From the human T2T-CHM13v2.0 reference genome, Homo sapiens, in assembly GCF_009914755.1 (NCBI RefSeq), contig NC_060933.1: a stretch of DNA of 64,000 nucleotides, one strand, 5' to 3'. This document shows, one piece after another, positions 41,621 to 54,622 of this stretch. The notes beneath the pieces are model-generated. The model saw only the letters and a program-made list of their open reading frames with translations, did no database searches and was not told the origin of the DNA. The position numbers and the translations under genes were made by a program. How positions within the stretch are numbered: position 1 is the stretch's first letter; each line of letters starts with the position of its first letter.

Positions 41621-44600
41621 TTCCATCCAATCCAGAATTGTTATACAGGTGAACTCTCTATATAACTGACACTTAAACTTCAATCACAGGAATCTTTAAA
41701 AAAGTAAAGATTTCTTATAGAAGTTGTAAAATATAGTATACACTTTTCTGATTTTCAAAATGAAACACTAATACTATTTACTCCTTTATCAAGAACTTAG
41801 TCGCAGTTATAAATAAACCTTATTCTGCATGGATCCCCTCAAGAGCTCTTGAAATGGGAACTTGATATTTATGAATGTTGCTATAGTTTGTGTAGGACCC
41901 ACATCCATGTGAGTGTTGTTCCCTATCTCTCTTCATTTCCCCTACTTTTTCCCACCATTTGACCTTTGGAAAACTAAATTATTCCTGTCTTAGTTTATGC
42001 ATAGCATAAAAATAAATCTATAAGTTGTAATTATTTGGTGCATTCCAATCCTTAATATACCTGATTTTTGTCTTATCTCTTTAGAATCATCTCTATTGTT
42101 ACAGATTATGAATCATTGAATGTTTCCATTTTATTTTCTGTATTATAGTGGATGGTATACTTCTGTCCATTTTCAAAGGAGATTTAGATCATTTTCAACT
42201 CTTTAACTTACTTTTCCACTCAATTCAAACCCACATTGTCACACACAAATTTTGTGCCAAGTGAGGTGCTAAGTGCTGGCATTTCGAGGATGGAGAGGAG
42301 TGTTGTGACTCCCTACAAAATGAAAATCATGAAAATGGCTTCCTTGGTGTGTTTCTTACATGAAAACTTAGTACTGATTTGCTGTTCTGTTGATATTCAT
42401 ATCATAGCCCTTTCAAGGCCCCACAGAACTTAGGGCTGCTTATGAATGATATCAGGTTGGATATTTTACCAGATATCAACATTTCTTCCTTTTAATTTCT
42501 TTTACTGTTATTTTTTCCTCCAATACAATTAATTTGTTTTAACTTTTGTAGACTTTGTGATCCAGTGCAGGTATGACGAAATGAACCTGAGCCTAATTTT
42601 TTTTATTGCTTCAATTCTTATGTAAAAATAATTAGACTGCTTTGCAATTGTAATGCCCTTCATGTAAAGGTTTGTTCATATTTAACAGAGACTAGGCTGT
42701 GTATGAGTGAAAGTTTGGAAATTTTGCTGTAATTCTGGCTTGGGATTGGGCACAAAGAAAATCATTTACTCATGTGAAGCCAATTTGCCTCATCTGTAAA
42801 ATGACTTTGATAGAAACTGATCAATATAAGAGCAAATGATGGTAATAATTATAATGCCAACTATAGCTAAATATATTGAGGGTTGACTCTTGCTAGTCAC
42901 TATTCTGAACACTTTATGTGGGTTAACTAATTTGCTCCTCCAACAAAGCTGCAATGGGAGTACTGTTTATTATTTCCATTTTACAGATGAGGAAACTGGA
43001 ACACAGATGATCTGAGTTACCCAGAGTTAGCACTGCTAGCAAGTGGTAAAGCTAGTATTTTAACTCAGGCCTACTCAAATGATTGAACAGTGCTTTCACA
43101 TATGTACTGTTTTACAAATGCTGAATTAAAATTTGCTTCAGAACTCTAGAAGGCAGTATTAACTAAACAGAAGGTTTGGCTTGCATTTACACTAATCTAA
43201 AATTCCAGTCTGCGTCCCACAGGATGTTCCCCCCTGCAACTTAATTACATCTGAAGCTATTCAGATACCCATCCATCACCATTTCATTTTCCATGGCAGC
43301 TGTCAGCCATAGGGGAAGATCTTCATGTTAAAGCAATTGAATCTATCATCCTCAGGGCAGGTTAAGATGCAACTAAAGGCTCTTTCCCTTATCTGTGCCT
43401 TCTGCTCCAGCCATTACCTTATCTCTCTCTTTCCATTTACAGCCAAGCATGGCATGCTTTTCAGACCTCATCTTCCTGGCTTTTCTGCCAGTTGTTAACC
43501 ACTTCCTGCTTTTGAGCCCTCAGTGCTCCGCTGCTGTCCACTACCATATCTCCTTCTCCTTCTTGGGTCCTCATTTTCATTTCAGGCTTTCCATATTTCA
43601 TAAACTATACTGATTGTATGTGTGCCTCCTTATCACCCTTCCAGCTTTCCGAGTACAGGAACCTTTGTATCCTCACCCCCACCCAGCACAATACAAGGTG
43701 AGGAGCAGCTACTCATGAACTGGGGTTTAATGTTGTTTGAAACAGCTGCTATTGAGAATACTGCCAGGTAACCCCATAACAACTCCTTGGGGATGGTAAA
43801 GAACCATACTCCAGGAAAATTGTGGATATTACTATCAAAGTTTTTCTCCACACTTGGGAAGCTATGCATGTTTGAAGACCCAGGGAAAGAATGCTGTGGA
43901 AAATAAATGATTAAATTTGCTTACGAAATAAAGACAGGATATTATCGTGAGAGGGGGTAAGGGAAGGATGCCAAGGAATACACAGGAGAGGGATGTGTCC
44001 TCACCTTCTTGGCTCTGCTGTTCCTGAACTAAGGTTCCTTCTCTCTCAGAGAAGGAATGTCTTCAAGAGTTTCTTTGAACATCAGAAATTTTCTAATAGG
44101 AAAATTGTTAGCTCACCTAGAAGCATACTGTGTTGAAGATCTTTGGTGATTAGGCATTTAGCTTGTTTGGCTTTGATTTGAGAGATACCTTTAAGATGTT
44201 TGTGATTTCATCAAGGTACAAACTTGAATTGTACACACAGGCTGGGAGGCTGAGTGCAGGGCTGTGTAAGCCTAGCTTCCCAAGCTCAGTATACAGGCCC
44301 CTAAATGGGCTTGGTAGTGCTGGATGGACCTGCCCTTTATGTGTATATGGGAAAATATACACAACACCAGTGTTGGGGTGTTGCAGAAGATCTTGAGGAT
44401 GCAATCCTCACAGGTGTTAGAGTATAGTTTAGAAGCAGATAACATCGATGGGTGATGAACTGAAGAGAAAAATCTTTAAGATGATAACTAAGCCATAATG
44501 ATTTATTGTCAAAAATGTTAAAGTGTTTTCAAAAACAATATGAATATAATGATCAAGTTAGAGTTAGTGCCTAAGAGACATTGAGTGAGGTGCTCATTCA

Positions 44601-44687
44601 TCCTTTTAAGCCCTAGTTTTCTTGTCTGTGAAATATTTGTTCTAACTTCACAGCATTGTGGTGGGGAAGAAGTCATACTTTGTTTGG

Positions 44688-45330
44688 TGTGTTACAGTTC
44701 TTCCAGGAAACAATAGGACATGTAGAGAAATATATGGGAAGGGGCTTATTAGGGGAAATTCTCACTTGACTATGGAGGCTGAGAAGTCTGGTGATAGGCT
44801 GTCTGCAGGCTGGAGAACCAGGGAAGCCGGGGGTGTGGTTCATCCAAGTCTGAACCTCAGAACCAGGCAAGTCAATGATGCAACTGTCAGTCCGAGGCCA
44901 GAGAGCTACGGGGCTGGGAGGCTGCTGGTGTGACTCCCAGAATTCAAAAGCTGGAGAACCTGGACTTCCGACATCCAAGAATAGGAGAAAAAAGGTGTCC
45001 CAGCTCTGGAAGAGAGAACAAGAATTTGCCCTTCCTCCACCTTTTTATTCCATCTGGGCCCCCAGCTGATTGGATGGTGCCTGTCTATGCTGAAGGCAGA
45101 TCTTTCCCACTGTCTGCAGACTCACACACGAGTCTCGTCTGAAAAAACCCTCACAGACACACCTGGGGCAGCCCAATCATTCTAGTCAAATGCCAAACCA
45201 TCTGCTTTCTCTTTCAGCAGAAGAGCTCACTGAAGCATTGAGGGTGATTAATGCAATGATTCAGAGTAAATAATGCTTTACCAGCTATCTGGGTATCCCT
45301 TAATTAAGTCGACACCCCAAATCACCCATC

Positions 45331-45332
<2 letters not shown>
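44688..45332. mobile_element. MLT2-type (ERVL) LTR
   Basis: ATGGAGGCTGAGAAGTC, CTGATTGGATGGTGCC, CCCTCACAGACACAC, AAGTCGACACC motifs. Confidence 0.7.

Positions 45333-45378
<46 letters not shown>
45333..45378. repeat. (TG)23 microsatellite
   Basis: Read directly. Confidence 0.97.
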
Positions 45379-45379
<1 letters not shown>

Positions 45380-46026
45380 TGTTAGCATGGTGCTTGGCTC
45401 ATTGTTGCTAAAATTTAATAAATTATTGATTAAACTATATAATTTGCAAGGATGGCACACTCACTTTGGTGCTAAAATATTTTTGCTACTAATCAATAGA
45501 AATTGACATGTTAACTTTTTCTTAATGAAACAGGTATCACCTCATCCTCATAGTAGTTATGGTGGAACAAAATTGTCCTTCTTAAACCAGTAACTTGCTT
45601 CTTAAATAAATATGTTGCAGTTGATTAGGCTTTGTTAGGGTTTAAAATATTTAAGTGGCAAACAATGCAATAATAGTTTCTTGAATTATCTTTAAATGTA
45701 TTTTTTTGTAGGAGATTTAATTTAAATGTATTTTGGTAGGAGATTTCACATTTTATTTAACATTTTCCCAAGTACTTTTATATGCTGTATCTCACTTGAT
45801 CTTCCTAATGAGTAGGAAAGGTAAATATTATTAGTCTAGTTTCAGACTTAAGGAAACTGGAGCTTCAGAGGGATTGACTGTCTAGTCACATGACATAGAG
45901 CTGTCCACACCTGATACATACTGCAAGCCAGATTTTCTGACCCAAGTCATGTACTCATTCCTTCTCACACTGCCTCTCCTTGTTGTAGTTATCAATGACT
46001 GGATTCAAAACTAAGAAACTTAAGTA

Positions 46027-47287
46027 TTAGGTTGGTGCAAAAGTAACTGCAGTTTGGACCATGAATTTTAAATCGTTATAACTAGGCTCAAACACATCTT
46101 TATTTATCAAAATAGGAACCATTACAATCAACACATTTTTGCCAATGAAAAATAAGTTTATTCATGTAGCTTAAAAATCCATGCTTCAGGATTTGACAAA
46201 CTCTTGGAAAGCATTTTCTGCATCCTGTTGCTTGTGGAAGCATTTTGCCTACAAAAAGTTGTTGAGATGCTTGAAGAAGTGGTAGTCGGTTGGCAAGAGG
46301 TCAGGTGAATATGGTGGATGAGGCAAAACTTCTTAGTCCAATTCACTCAACTTTTGAAGCGTTGGTTGTGGGACATGCAGTCACGTGTTGTCGTGAAGAA
46401 TTGGGCCCTTTCTGTAGACCAATGCGGGCTGCAGGCATTGCAGTTTTTGGTGCGTCTCATTGATTTGCTGAGTATACTTCTCAGATGTAATGGTTTCACT
46501 GGGATTCAGAAAGCTGTAGTGGATCAGACGGGCAGCAGACCACCAAACAGCGACCGTTTTTTGGTGCAAGTTTGGCTTTGGGAAGTGCTTTGAAGCTTCT
46601 TCTGGGTCAACCACTGATCTGGTCATTGCCAGTTGTCATATACAACCCACTTTTCATCGCATGTCACAATCCAGTGGAGAAATGGTTTGTTGTTGTTGCA
46701 TAGAATAAGAAAACGACACTTCAAAATGATGATTTTTAAAAATTTTTGGTCAGCTCATGAGGCACCCACTTATTGAACTTTGTCACCTTTCCAGTTTGCT
46801 TCAGATGGCAAACAACTGTAGAATGGCTGACATTGAGTTCTTCGGCAACTTCTTGTGTAGTTGTAAGAGGATCAGCTTCGATGAGTACTCTCAATTTGTT
46901 GTCAACTTCCGATGACTGGCCACTACGCTCCTCACCTTCAAGGTTCTCCTCTCTTTTGCAAAACTTCTTGAACCACCACTGCACTACATTCATTAGCAGT
47001 TCCTGGGCCAAATGCATTGTCAATGTTGCAAACACCGCTGCTTTACCACCCATTTTGTACTTGAATAAGAAAATTGCTTGAACTTGTTTTTTGTCCAACA
47101 TCACTTTCATAGTCTAAAATAAACATAAAATAAACAATGAGTAATAAGTCATTAGCAAAAAACCTAAAGTGACAAATGCCCATTAAAATGATGTGTAACA
47201 TAACCACATTCATTTAAGAATGTATTCCTATATCAAATGGCAAATGCCAACAATGCAGAAACCGCAATTACTTTTGCACTCACCTAA
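46027..47287 (-). mobile_element. Near full-length Hsmar1 mariner transposon; transposase pseudogene on the minus strand
   Basis: TIRs TTAGGTTGGTGCAAAAGTAACTGCAG and TTAGGTGAGTGCAAAAGTAATTGCGG with TA target duplication; ORFs MKVMLDKKQ...WVPHEL and KHFPKPNLHQK...PILHDN, frameshifted. Confidence 0.93.
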
Positions 47288-48000
47288 TATATTTAAGCAC
47301 ATGCCCCCGAATTTTGATGAGCTCTCTTAGTTATAAGGGAAAAGCTTCTTAAATACTGTGCATTCTTTGCTATGCAATATTTAACTATACATTTCTGAGT
47401 ATTGCTATGGATACATTTTTTCTGTGTGAAAATTAATTTCTAGGGTATGTATCCTCAGTTACCATAGGTAGAATTTGAAAATACTTTCTGAAACATTTAA
47501 AAAATATCAAATTATTGTCACTTTTACTACTGTATTTTATTATAGCCTAATTCTTAAATCTTATAAATTACATATGGCATATATTTTTTATTAAACTTAC
47601 TGACAAATAAACAAAAGCTTTTGAAGATTTTGAAAAATCCATGAGATGTTTCTGAAGGCCTCTAGCAAAGAAAACATTTGAAAGGTGGAAGCACTAAAAG
47701 ATCACACATAAAAAAAAAATTGATTGCTGCCAGGAGTACCATCTCTCAGTAGGTGGGCTTTTCTTAGAAACTCTCTTTTTCTCTTCATTCAAAACAAGGT
47801 CACGAAGATGTGTCTTCTTTTCAATGTAGTGAGACAGATCAGCAAATTAAAAAAAGAAAACCTGACTGTGGGAATATGGAAGACTATGGGACTGTGGGAG
47901 AATGTCATGATCCATGCGAGCCCACTGCTGGTCCTGAGGTGGGTTGGGTCAGTATGTGGTTACTGAGCAGTATGTTGGGTCAGTATGTGATCACCGAGCT

Positions 48001-48435
48001 GTGTGACTATATTTGTTTCCTAGGGAGCTGGGTGGCTTAAAACAACAGAACTTCTTTGTCTTCCAGTTCCAGAGGCCAGAAGTCCCAAATTAAGGTGTTG
48101 GCAGAGCCACGGTCTCTCTGAAGACTTTAGCAGGTGATCCTTCCTTGCTTCTTCCTAGCTTCTAGTGGCTCATGGCAGCCCTTGGTGTCACTTCATTTAT
48201 ACATGCTTCATTCCCATTTCTGCCTCTGTCTTCACATGGCATTCTCTTCTGTGTGTCTGCATCCAGATTTCCCTTTTCTTATAAGAACCCCAGTCATTGC
48301 ATTAGGGTATATCCTAATCCAGCATGGCTTCATTTTAACTTGATAATATTTGCAAATACCTTTTTTCTAAATAAGGTACCCAGGGTTAGGACTTTAACAT
48401 ATCTTTTTTGGGGATAGAATTCAATCCACAACATT
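48001..48435 (-). mobile_element. MLT1C/D-like MaLR LTR
   Basis: GGCTTAAAACAACAGAA...CAGTTCCAGAGGCCAGAAGTCC...AATTCAATCCACAACA. Confidence 0.7.
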
Positions 48436-48720
48436 GACAGAGCAGAAAGAAAAATGTGGCCAGTTCTATTCCCCATGCTGCCAAGTGACCATAGGTGAAC
48501 CCCCTGGAATCCTGGATACTCAAAATGTGTTCTCCAGACCAGCACTATAGTATCAAACATTACCTGAGCCTTAATTCAATATACAGTAGTTCAAGCCCCA
48601 TTCCAGGTGTACTGAATCAGAACCTGTATGTTAACAAGATCCCCAGGTGATTTGTATCCACATCAAAGTGGGCTGAGCACTGCCTAAGAGCAGTGGTTCT
48701 CAAAGTGTGGGTTTCACCTG

Positions 48721-49330
48721 TGATAAAAGAAAAACTTCAGCTGAATTAAATTTAAAGGAGTTTAATTGAGCAATGAACTATTCGTGAATCGGGCAGCCCC
48801 CAGAATCACAGCAGATTCGCGGAGACTCCAGTGCAGCCATGTGGTGGAAGAAGACTTACAGACAAAAAAAAGGGAATTGACATACAGAAATTGGCAGTGA
48901 GGTACAGAAATAGCTGGATTGGTTACAGGGTGGTGTTTGCCTTATTTGAACACAGTTTGAACACTTAGCAGTCTATGAGTGGTTGAAGTATGGCCACTGG
49001 GATTGGCCAGGACTGTTATTGTTATAGGCGCAATGAAAAACTTTTTCATTTAGAGCAGGGGTTTTCATTTCTGGCTTCACAGAACTCTGCATGTCTAGGC
49101 CTCACCCCTGGAAATTCTGGAGATCTAGATCTTTTGGAAACTCTACAGTGGGTTCTATTGCATAGCCATAGTGGGACCCCTTTGCCTTAGGGAGAAATAA
49201 TTGATGGTTAAATTAACTTACTCCTAAGCTAGGTTTTCAATGTTGTCTGACTATTAAGATAGGTTACAGTTCATCCACAAGAACCCAAATATACAAGTCC
49301 TTCTCAGGCCATATTTAGTTTCCTTTAACA
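48721..49330 (-). mobile_element. MER51A-like ERV1 solo LTR with 4-bp TSD CCTG, carrying an internal ~186-bp insertion
   Basis: TG...CA termini; CCTG at 48717-48720 and 49331-49334; sequence recognised as MER51-type. Confidence 0.75.
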
Positions 49331-49359
49331 CCTGTGAGCTTGTTAGAAATGCAAAGTCA

Positions 49360-49682
<323 letters not shown>

Positions 49683-49798
49683 CAAAGTCATGGGTTCTAT
49701 CCCATTCTGGTAACCCAGAATCTCTGGGCATAGGCTCCAGGAAACTGGCTCAGCAAACTCCCCAGGTAGTTCTTACACACTTAAGTTTTTTGAACCAC

Positions 49799-50165
49799 GG
49801 ATAGGGTTTGAATTTGTGTCCCTGCCCAAATCTCATGTGGAATTGGAGGAGGGGCCTGGTAGTTGGTGACTGGATCATGGGGGCTGATTTCCCCCTTGCT
49901 CTTCTCATCATAGTGAGTGAGTTCTCATGTGATCTGATAGTTTAAAAGTGTGTAACTTCTCCTTTCTCTCTCTCTTTCTCCTGCCACCACGTGAAGAAGA
50001 TCCTTGCTTCCCCTTCACCTTCTGCCTTGATTCTAAGGTTCCTGAGGCCTCCCAGTCATGCTTCCTGTTAAGCCTGTGGAACTGTGAGTCAATTAAACTT
50101 CTTTTCTTTGTAAATTGCCCAGACTCAGGTAGCTATTTACAGCGGTATGAAAATGGACTAATACA
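49799..50165 (+). mobile_element. MSTA/THE1-type MaLR LTR
   Basis: CCCAAATCTCATGT...CCTGAGGCCTCCCAG...GGACTAATACA. Confidence 0.8.
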
Positions 50166-50957
50166 ACCACTGATGCAAAAAAAAACTCCAGAACTATCAC
50201 AGAAAGGCAGGTGGCAAAGAGAAACACCTGCCCAAGCATAGGTATGGAAGGCATCACACATAAGGAAATATGAGGAAAAGTCAATCCAGCACAGGGTAAG
50301 TGGGATGCCATTGCTCAAGTCCAGAAAATTCATGTCATGATATTTGGGCACAGAGGCAATGGAGGTCAGAGAATACCTCAGATGGTGGGGAAACAGTTCA
50401 TGGATGTAAAAAAAGGACGCCAAGTATGGGACCCACATTTGCCATTTGAGAAGAAGTTTTTCATTTAGGGAACGGGGTTTCATTTCTAGCTTCACAGAAC
50501 TCTGCATGTCTGGGCCTCACCTCTGGAAATTCTGGAGACATTTCGGAAACTCCATAGTGGGCTCTAATGCGTAGCCATAGTGGAACCCCTTTACCTTAGG
50601 GAGAAATAATTGATGATTAAATTAAGCCATAGACTTTTGATGCAGAATATAAATTGCTCTATAGTAGACTATAAGTGTCCATGTAATGTGTCTATAGTAG
50701 CTGTTTAGTAAGCCTCAGAGAGCAACTGTAGTGTATTTTTGGTTTGTTTGTTTGTTTTTTGGGGTTCTATTAATTCTTTATTTCCCAAAGACCAAATTAA
50801 AGAATCTTTTCCGGAGGCCCAGAGGCCCTAAAAACATGGTAGATCCACTCAATCATCCTGTCGTAATTTGCTGATGGTATAGACTATCCTTTACTGAGGC
50901 AGGTGGATCAATAGTCATACAACAGGGATATGGGCTTGCTGAGCATGGCCATCCATT

Positions 50958-51486
50958 TGTTATGTGTATGCTGTATGGTATATGCACCTGATAGTGATAA
51001 CTTAAGCACACCTTGAGAATGCCCTGTATGGCAGATGCACCTGAATATGTGTTTGGAGTTCTGAGCTAAGGAATCCAGGAATGGCCAATCTGAAAATTCA
51101 TTCCTCGTCTATGAGGAACATCTAAATCCCTGGCCTGTCTTGTGGATCATGTTTAATACAGGGCAGCAAGGCCATTTGTTTTGGGTTAAATGAAGGTTGC
51201 CAGGTAGAGGTTGTTGTGGGAAGAGTGCTAAGAGAAAATGCTATATGAACTGCATGTTTTTCTCTGGCCAGCCTGCCACCACTGGGCCATCCCTGTATGT
51301 AAGTTGCCTGCTAATAAAACTCTATGTCTCTGGGAACAGAAAAACAAATAGACAAACAAACAAACAAACAAACAAACAAAAACCAACCCCCAAACCCCTA
51401 TGTCTTGTTTTCTGGCTCTGGTTTCTCCTTTGGCGTCATAAACCTACTCCCATCCCTACTGATCTTAATAGGGGTCTGGCATGACA
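50958..51486 (+). mobile_element. ERV solo LTR (LTR47-like) containing an (AAAC)n tract
   Basis: TG...CA termini, internal AATAAA, repeated TGTATGG-GCACCTGA unit. Confidence 0.55.
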
Positions 51487-51839
51487 TATGTATGTGTATG
51501 TATACATATACATAACTGAACAAAGTAGACAAAAATGCCTGTCTTTATGAAGCTTATGTTCTATTGGGAGAAGACAGGCAGTAAACAAATAAGTAGAATT
51601 TATTTTTTTATCAGATGGAAATAAAGCAGACACACAGGATGAACAGTGATAGGGTGTAGAGGGTTACAATTATATAAAGTGATCAGGGATTGCCTGAAGG
51701 GAACAACCCATTCTAGTCTAAGTAATTTGAGACATGCTGTATTATGGACATTGTGTTTTACATCAAGAAGGAACCAAGACAGATTCAAGAAGTTGCCTTC
51801 TCCTATGTCCTCCCTCTCACCCAAGAATCCTTGGGAATC

Positions 51840-52035
51840 CAGAACCGGGGTGTCCAGTGTGATAGCCACTAGTCCATGTGCTACTTAAATTTAAATTAAT
51901 AAAATTAAATAAAACTTCAAAATCAATTTCTCAGTCATACTACCTACACTTCAAGTGCTTAAAAGCTACAGGGCTAATGTCTACTATATTGGACAGCAAA
52001 GAGAACCTTTCCATTATTGCAGAAACTCCTGTTGG
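51840..52035. mobile_element. MER3/MER33-like hAT element
   Basis: TAGCCACTAG...AAATTTAAATTAATAAAATTAAATAAA...TATTGGACAGCA. Confidence 0.65.
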
Positions 52036-52787
52036 TTAGAGCTGCTCTTGAATGAAGTGGGACAGTATCTTAGACAAGGAAAATGGCTTAACAATGGGCA
52101 CAATGACCTAGGTTCAGCTGCGGATTATAGGAGTTCCCTTCTTTAAGGAAATACATGTGACTAAGATTTAATGATACATAACATAGAAGATAAGTGGCAA
52201 CATTTTAGAAATATTTTTTTTCTAAAAGGAGTTATTGTAGAGTTTAAAAAATAATGATGTTAATCAGTACATTTAAATTCAACCTCACTCAGAGAAATGT
52301 ACACGCCTGGTTGTAAATTGTAAATAATTGGTTTACAATTTACTAATTGTTATTTACGAACCAATTGTAAATAATTGGTTTCTTGTGCAAAGGAAGGTAT
52401 CTTGTTAGCTAAGCAATCATTTTGTTTCTCATTCAGTCACTCACCAAAGAAGAGAATCTTTTCGCTCTGTTTTTAAAACTGAAGTTAGTTAGTTGTCAAT
52501 TCCACCTAGAAACATGAAAATAAAAACAAAAACACAGAATAAATTGATACTGAGAATGTAGTCCCAAGCTTCACAGAGGCTTGAAGACAACACTAAATGA
52601 ACACACGTTGATAATTTATGATTTATTGTTAGTGGACTTAGGTGGGGGATTGAAGTGGGGAGGAGATAACAGGAAGTCTAAGAAGAGGGAGTGGCCTCTT
52701 CTAGGGTATCTCTACTTAGTGTGAGAGAGAAGGCTGGTAGGAGTGCATCTCAAGAATTTCTGCCTCATCTTTCTCCCTGCTTTGTCC

Positions 52788-53142
52788 TCCCAATTTTATG
52801 TTCCCCCAAAATTCATATCTTAAAATCTTAACCCCCAAAGTGATAGTATTAGGAGGTGGGGCCTCTTGGGAGGTGATTAAGTCATGAGGGTGGAGCCTTG
52901 ATGAATGGGATTAGTGCCCTTATGAAAAAGACCAAAGGGAGTTTGTTTGCTCTTTTCACCACATAAGGAGGTAGTGAAAAGACAGCTGTCTATGAGTCAG
53001 AAAGCCAGCCCTCACCAGACACGGAATCTGCTGGCACCTTCCTCTTGGACTTTCCAGCCCTTCAGAACTGTGAGAAATTTCTGTTGTTTATAAGCTACCC
53101 CATTAATGATAATTTGTTATAGCAGTGCAAACTGACTAAGAC
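52788..53142 (+). mobile_element. MLT1A-like MaLR LTR
   Basis: CCCCCAAAATTCATAT...CAGAACTGTGAGAAAT...GACTAAGACA. Confidence 0.75.
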
Positions 53143-53417
53143 ACTCCCTTTCCTTCTGTTTTCCATATCTGCCATCACCTTTGTCCCATGCCTTTCTGTG
53201 TTCTCATTCTTCTAGGAAACCACATAAAACATCCAGAATTTCAAATGGGCATGCTGAGGATTGGGATGGTTCCAGGTGGAACACTTGTTGCTGTTTCCCT
53301 AGCTCAAGTGTAGGATTTATTGAGAACAGGAACTGCGAAGTTTTTAATCATAGCCATAATCTTTATCAGGCTGATAGTCCTATAATCTGTCTGCATTTAA
53401 AAGGTAGCCTTTCCCCG

Positions 53418-53824
<407 letters not shown>

Positions 53825-53869
53825 TTATAAGAATACTGAACTTAAAAGATATTGATTACACAGTCTATT

Positions 53870-54352
53870 TAAAGATACATGCATGCATATGTTCATTGCA
53901 ACACTATCCACAATAGCAAAGACATGGAATCAACCTAAATGCCCATCAATGATAGACTGGATAAAGAAAATATGTGGTACATATACACCATGGAATACTG
54001 TGCAGTCATAAAAAGGAATGAGATCATGTCCTTTGCAGGGACATGGATAGAGCTGGAGGCCACTATCCTTAGCAAACTAACATAGGAACAGAAAACCAAA
54101 TACCACATGTTTTCACTTGTAAGTGGGAGTTGAATGATAAGAACTCATGGACATATTGGGGAGAACAACACACACTGGGGCCTGTTGGAGGGTAAGGAGA
54201 AGGAGGGAGAGCATCAGGAAGAACAGCTAATGGAATGTTGGGCTTAATACCCAGGTGATGGAATGATCTGTGCAGCAAACCGCCATGGCACATGTTTGCC
54301 TGTGTAACAAACATGCATATCCTGAACATGTACCCATGAAATTAAAATAAAG
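53870..54352 (+). mobile_element. L1PA (older, ~L1PA11-13-like) 3' end
   Basis: End of ORF2 and 3'UTR (GGGAGAGCATCAGGAAGAACAGCTAATG). Confidence 0.85.
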
Positions 54353-54369
54353 ATTGATTATAAAACCAA

Positions 54370-54500
54370 ATAAAAGAATATATTTAATTTAAAAAATACT
54401 TTATGTATAAATATACAATCTTCTAATATTAATGTTTTAATACTATTTAATATGATAAATCTTTTGATAAATTAGTATTTGTGATTCAAATAATTTTTTT
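54370..54500 (-). promoter_or_regulatory. AU-rich 3'UTR-like region of IFN-nu with ATTTA pentamers and ATTAAA candidates
   Basis: TAAAT on + (ATTTA on minus) at 54408, 54456 and 54468; TTTAAT on + at 54383, 54436 and 54446. Confidence 0.5.
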
Positions 54501-54622
54501 AATCCAGAAAATTGACGAAAATATTATCTTAAGTCACAGAAACCGAATTAAAAGTTGCTTAAAAATATCAAACAGATTTCTGGAGACATCTGAAGTGGTA
54601 CTAGTAACCAACTCCAAATTAG

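Noticed and set aside
47945-48000. Small near-tandem duplications here and at ~4385-4420, ~22085-22115, ~32200-32235 and ~56177-56212
   Set aside because: Two-copy 15-31-bp slippage products of an ordinary kind. They are not CRISPR-like arrays and have no evident function.
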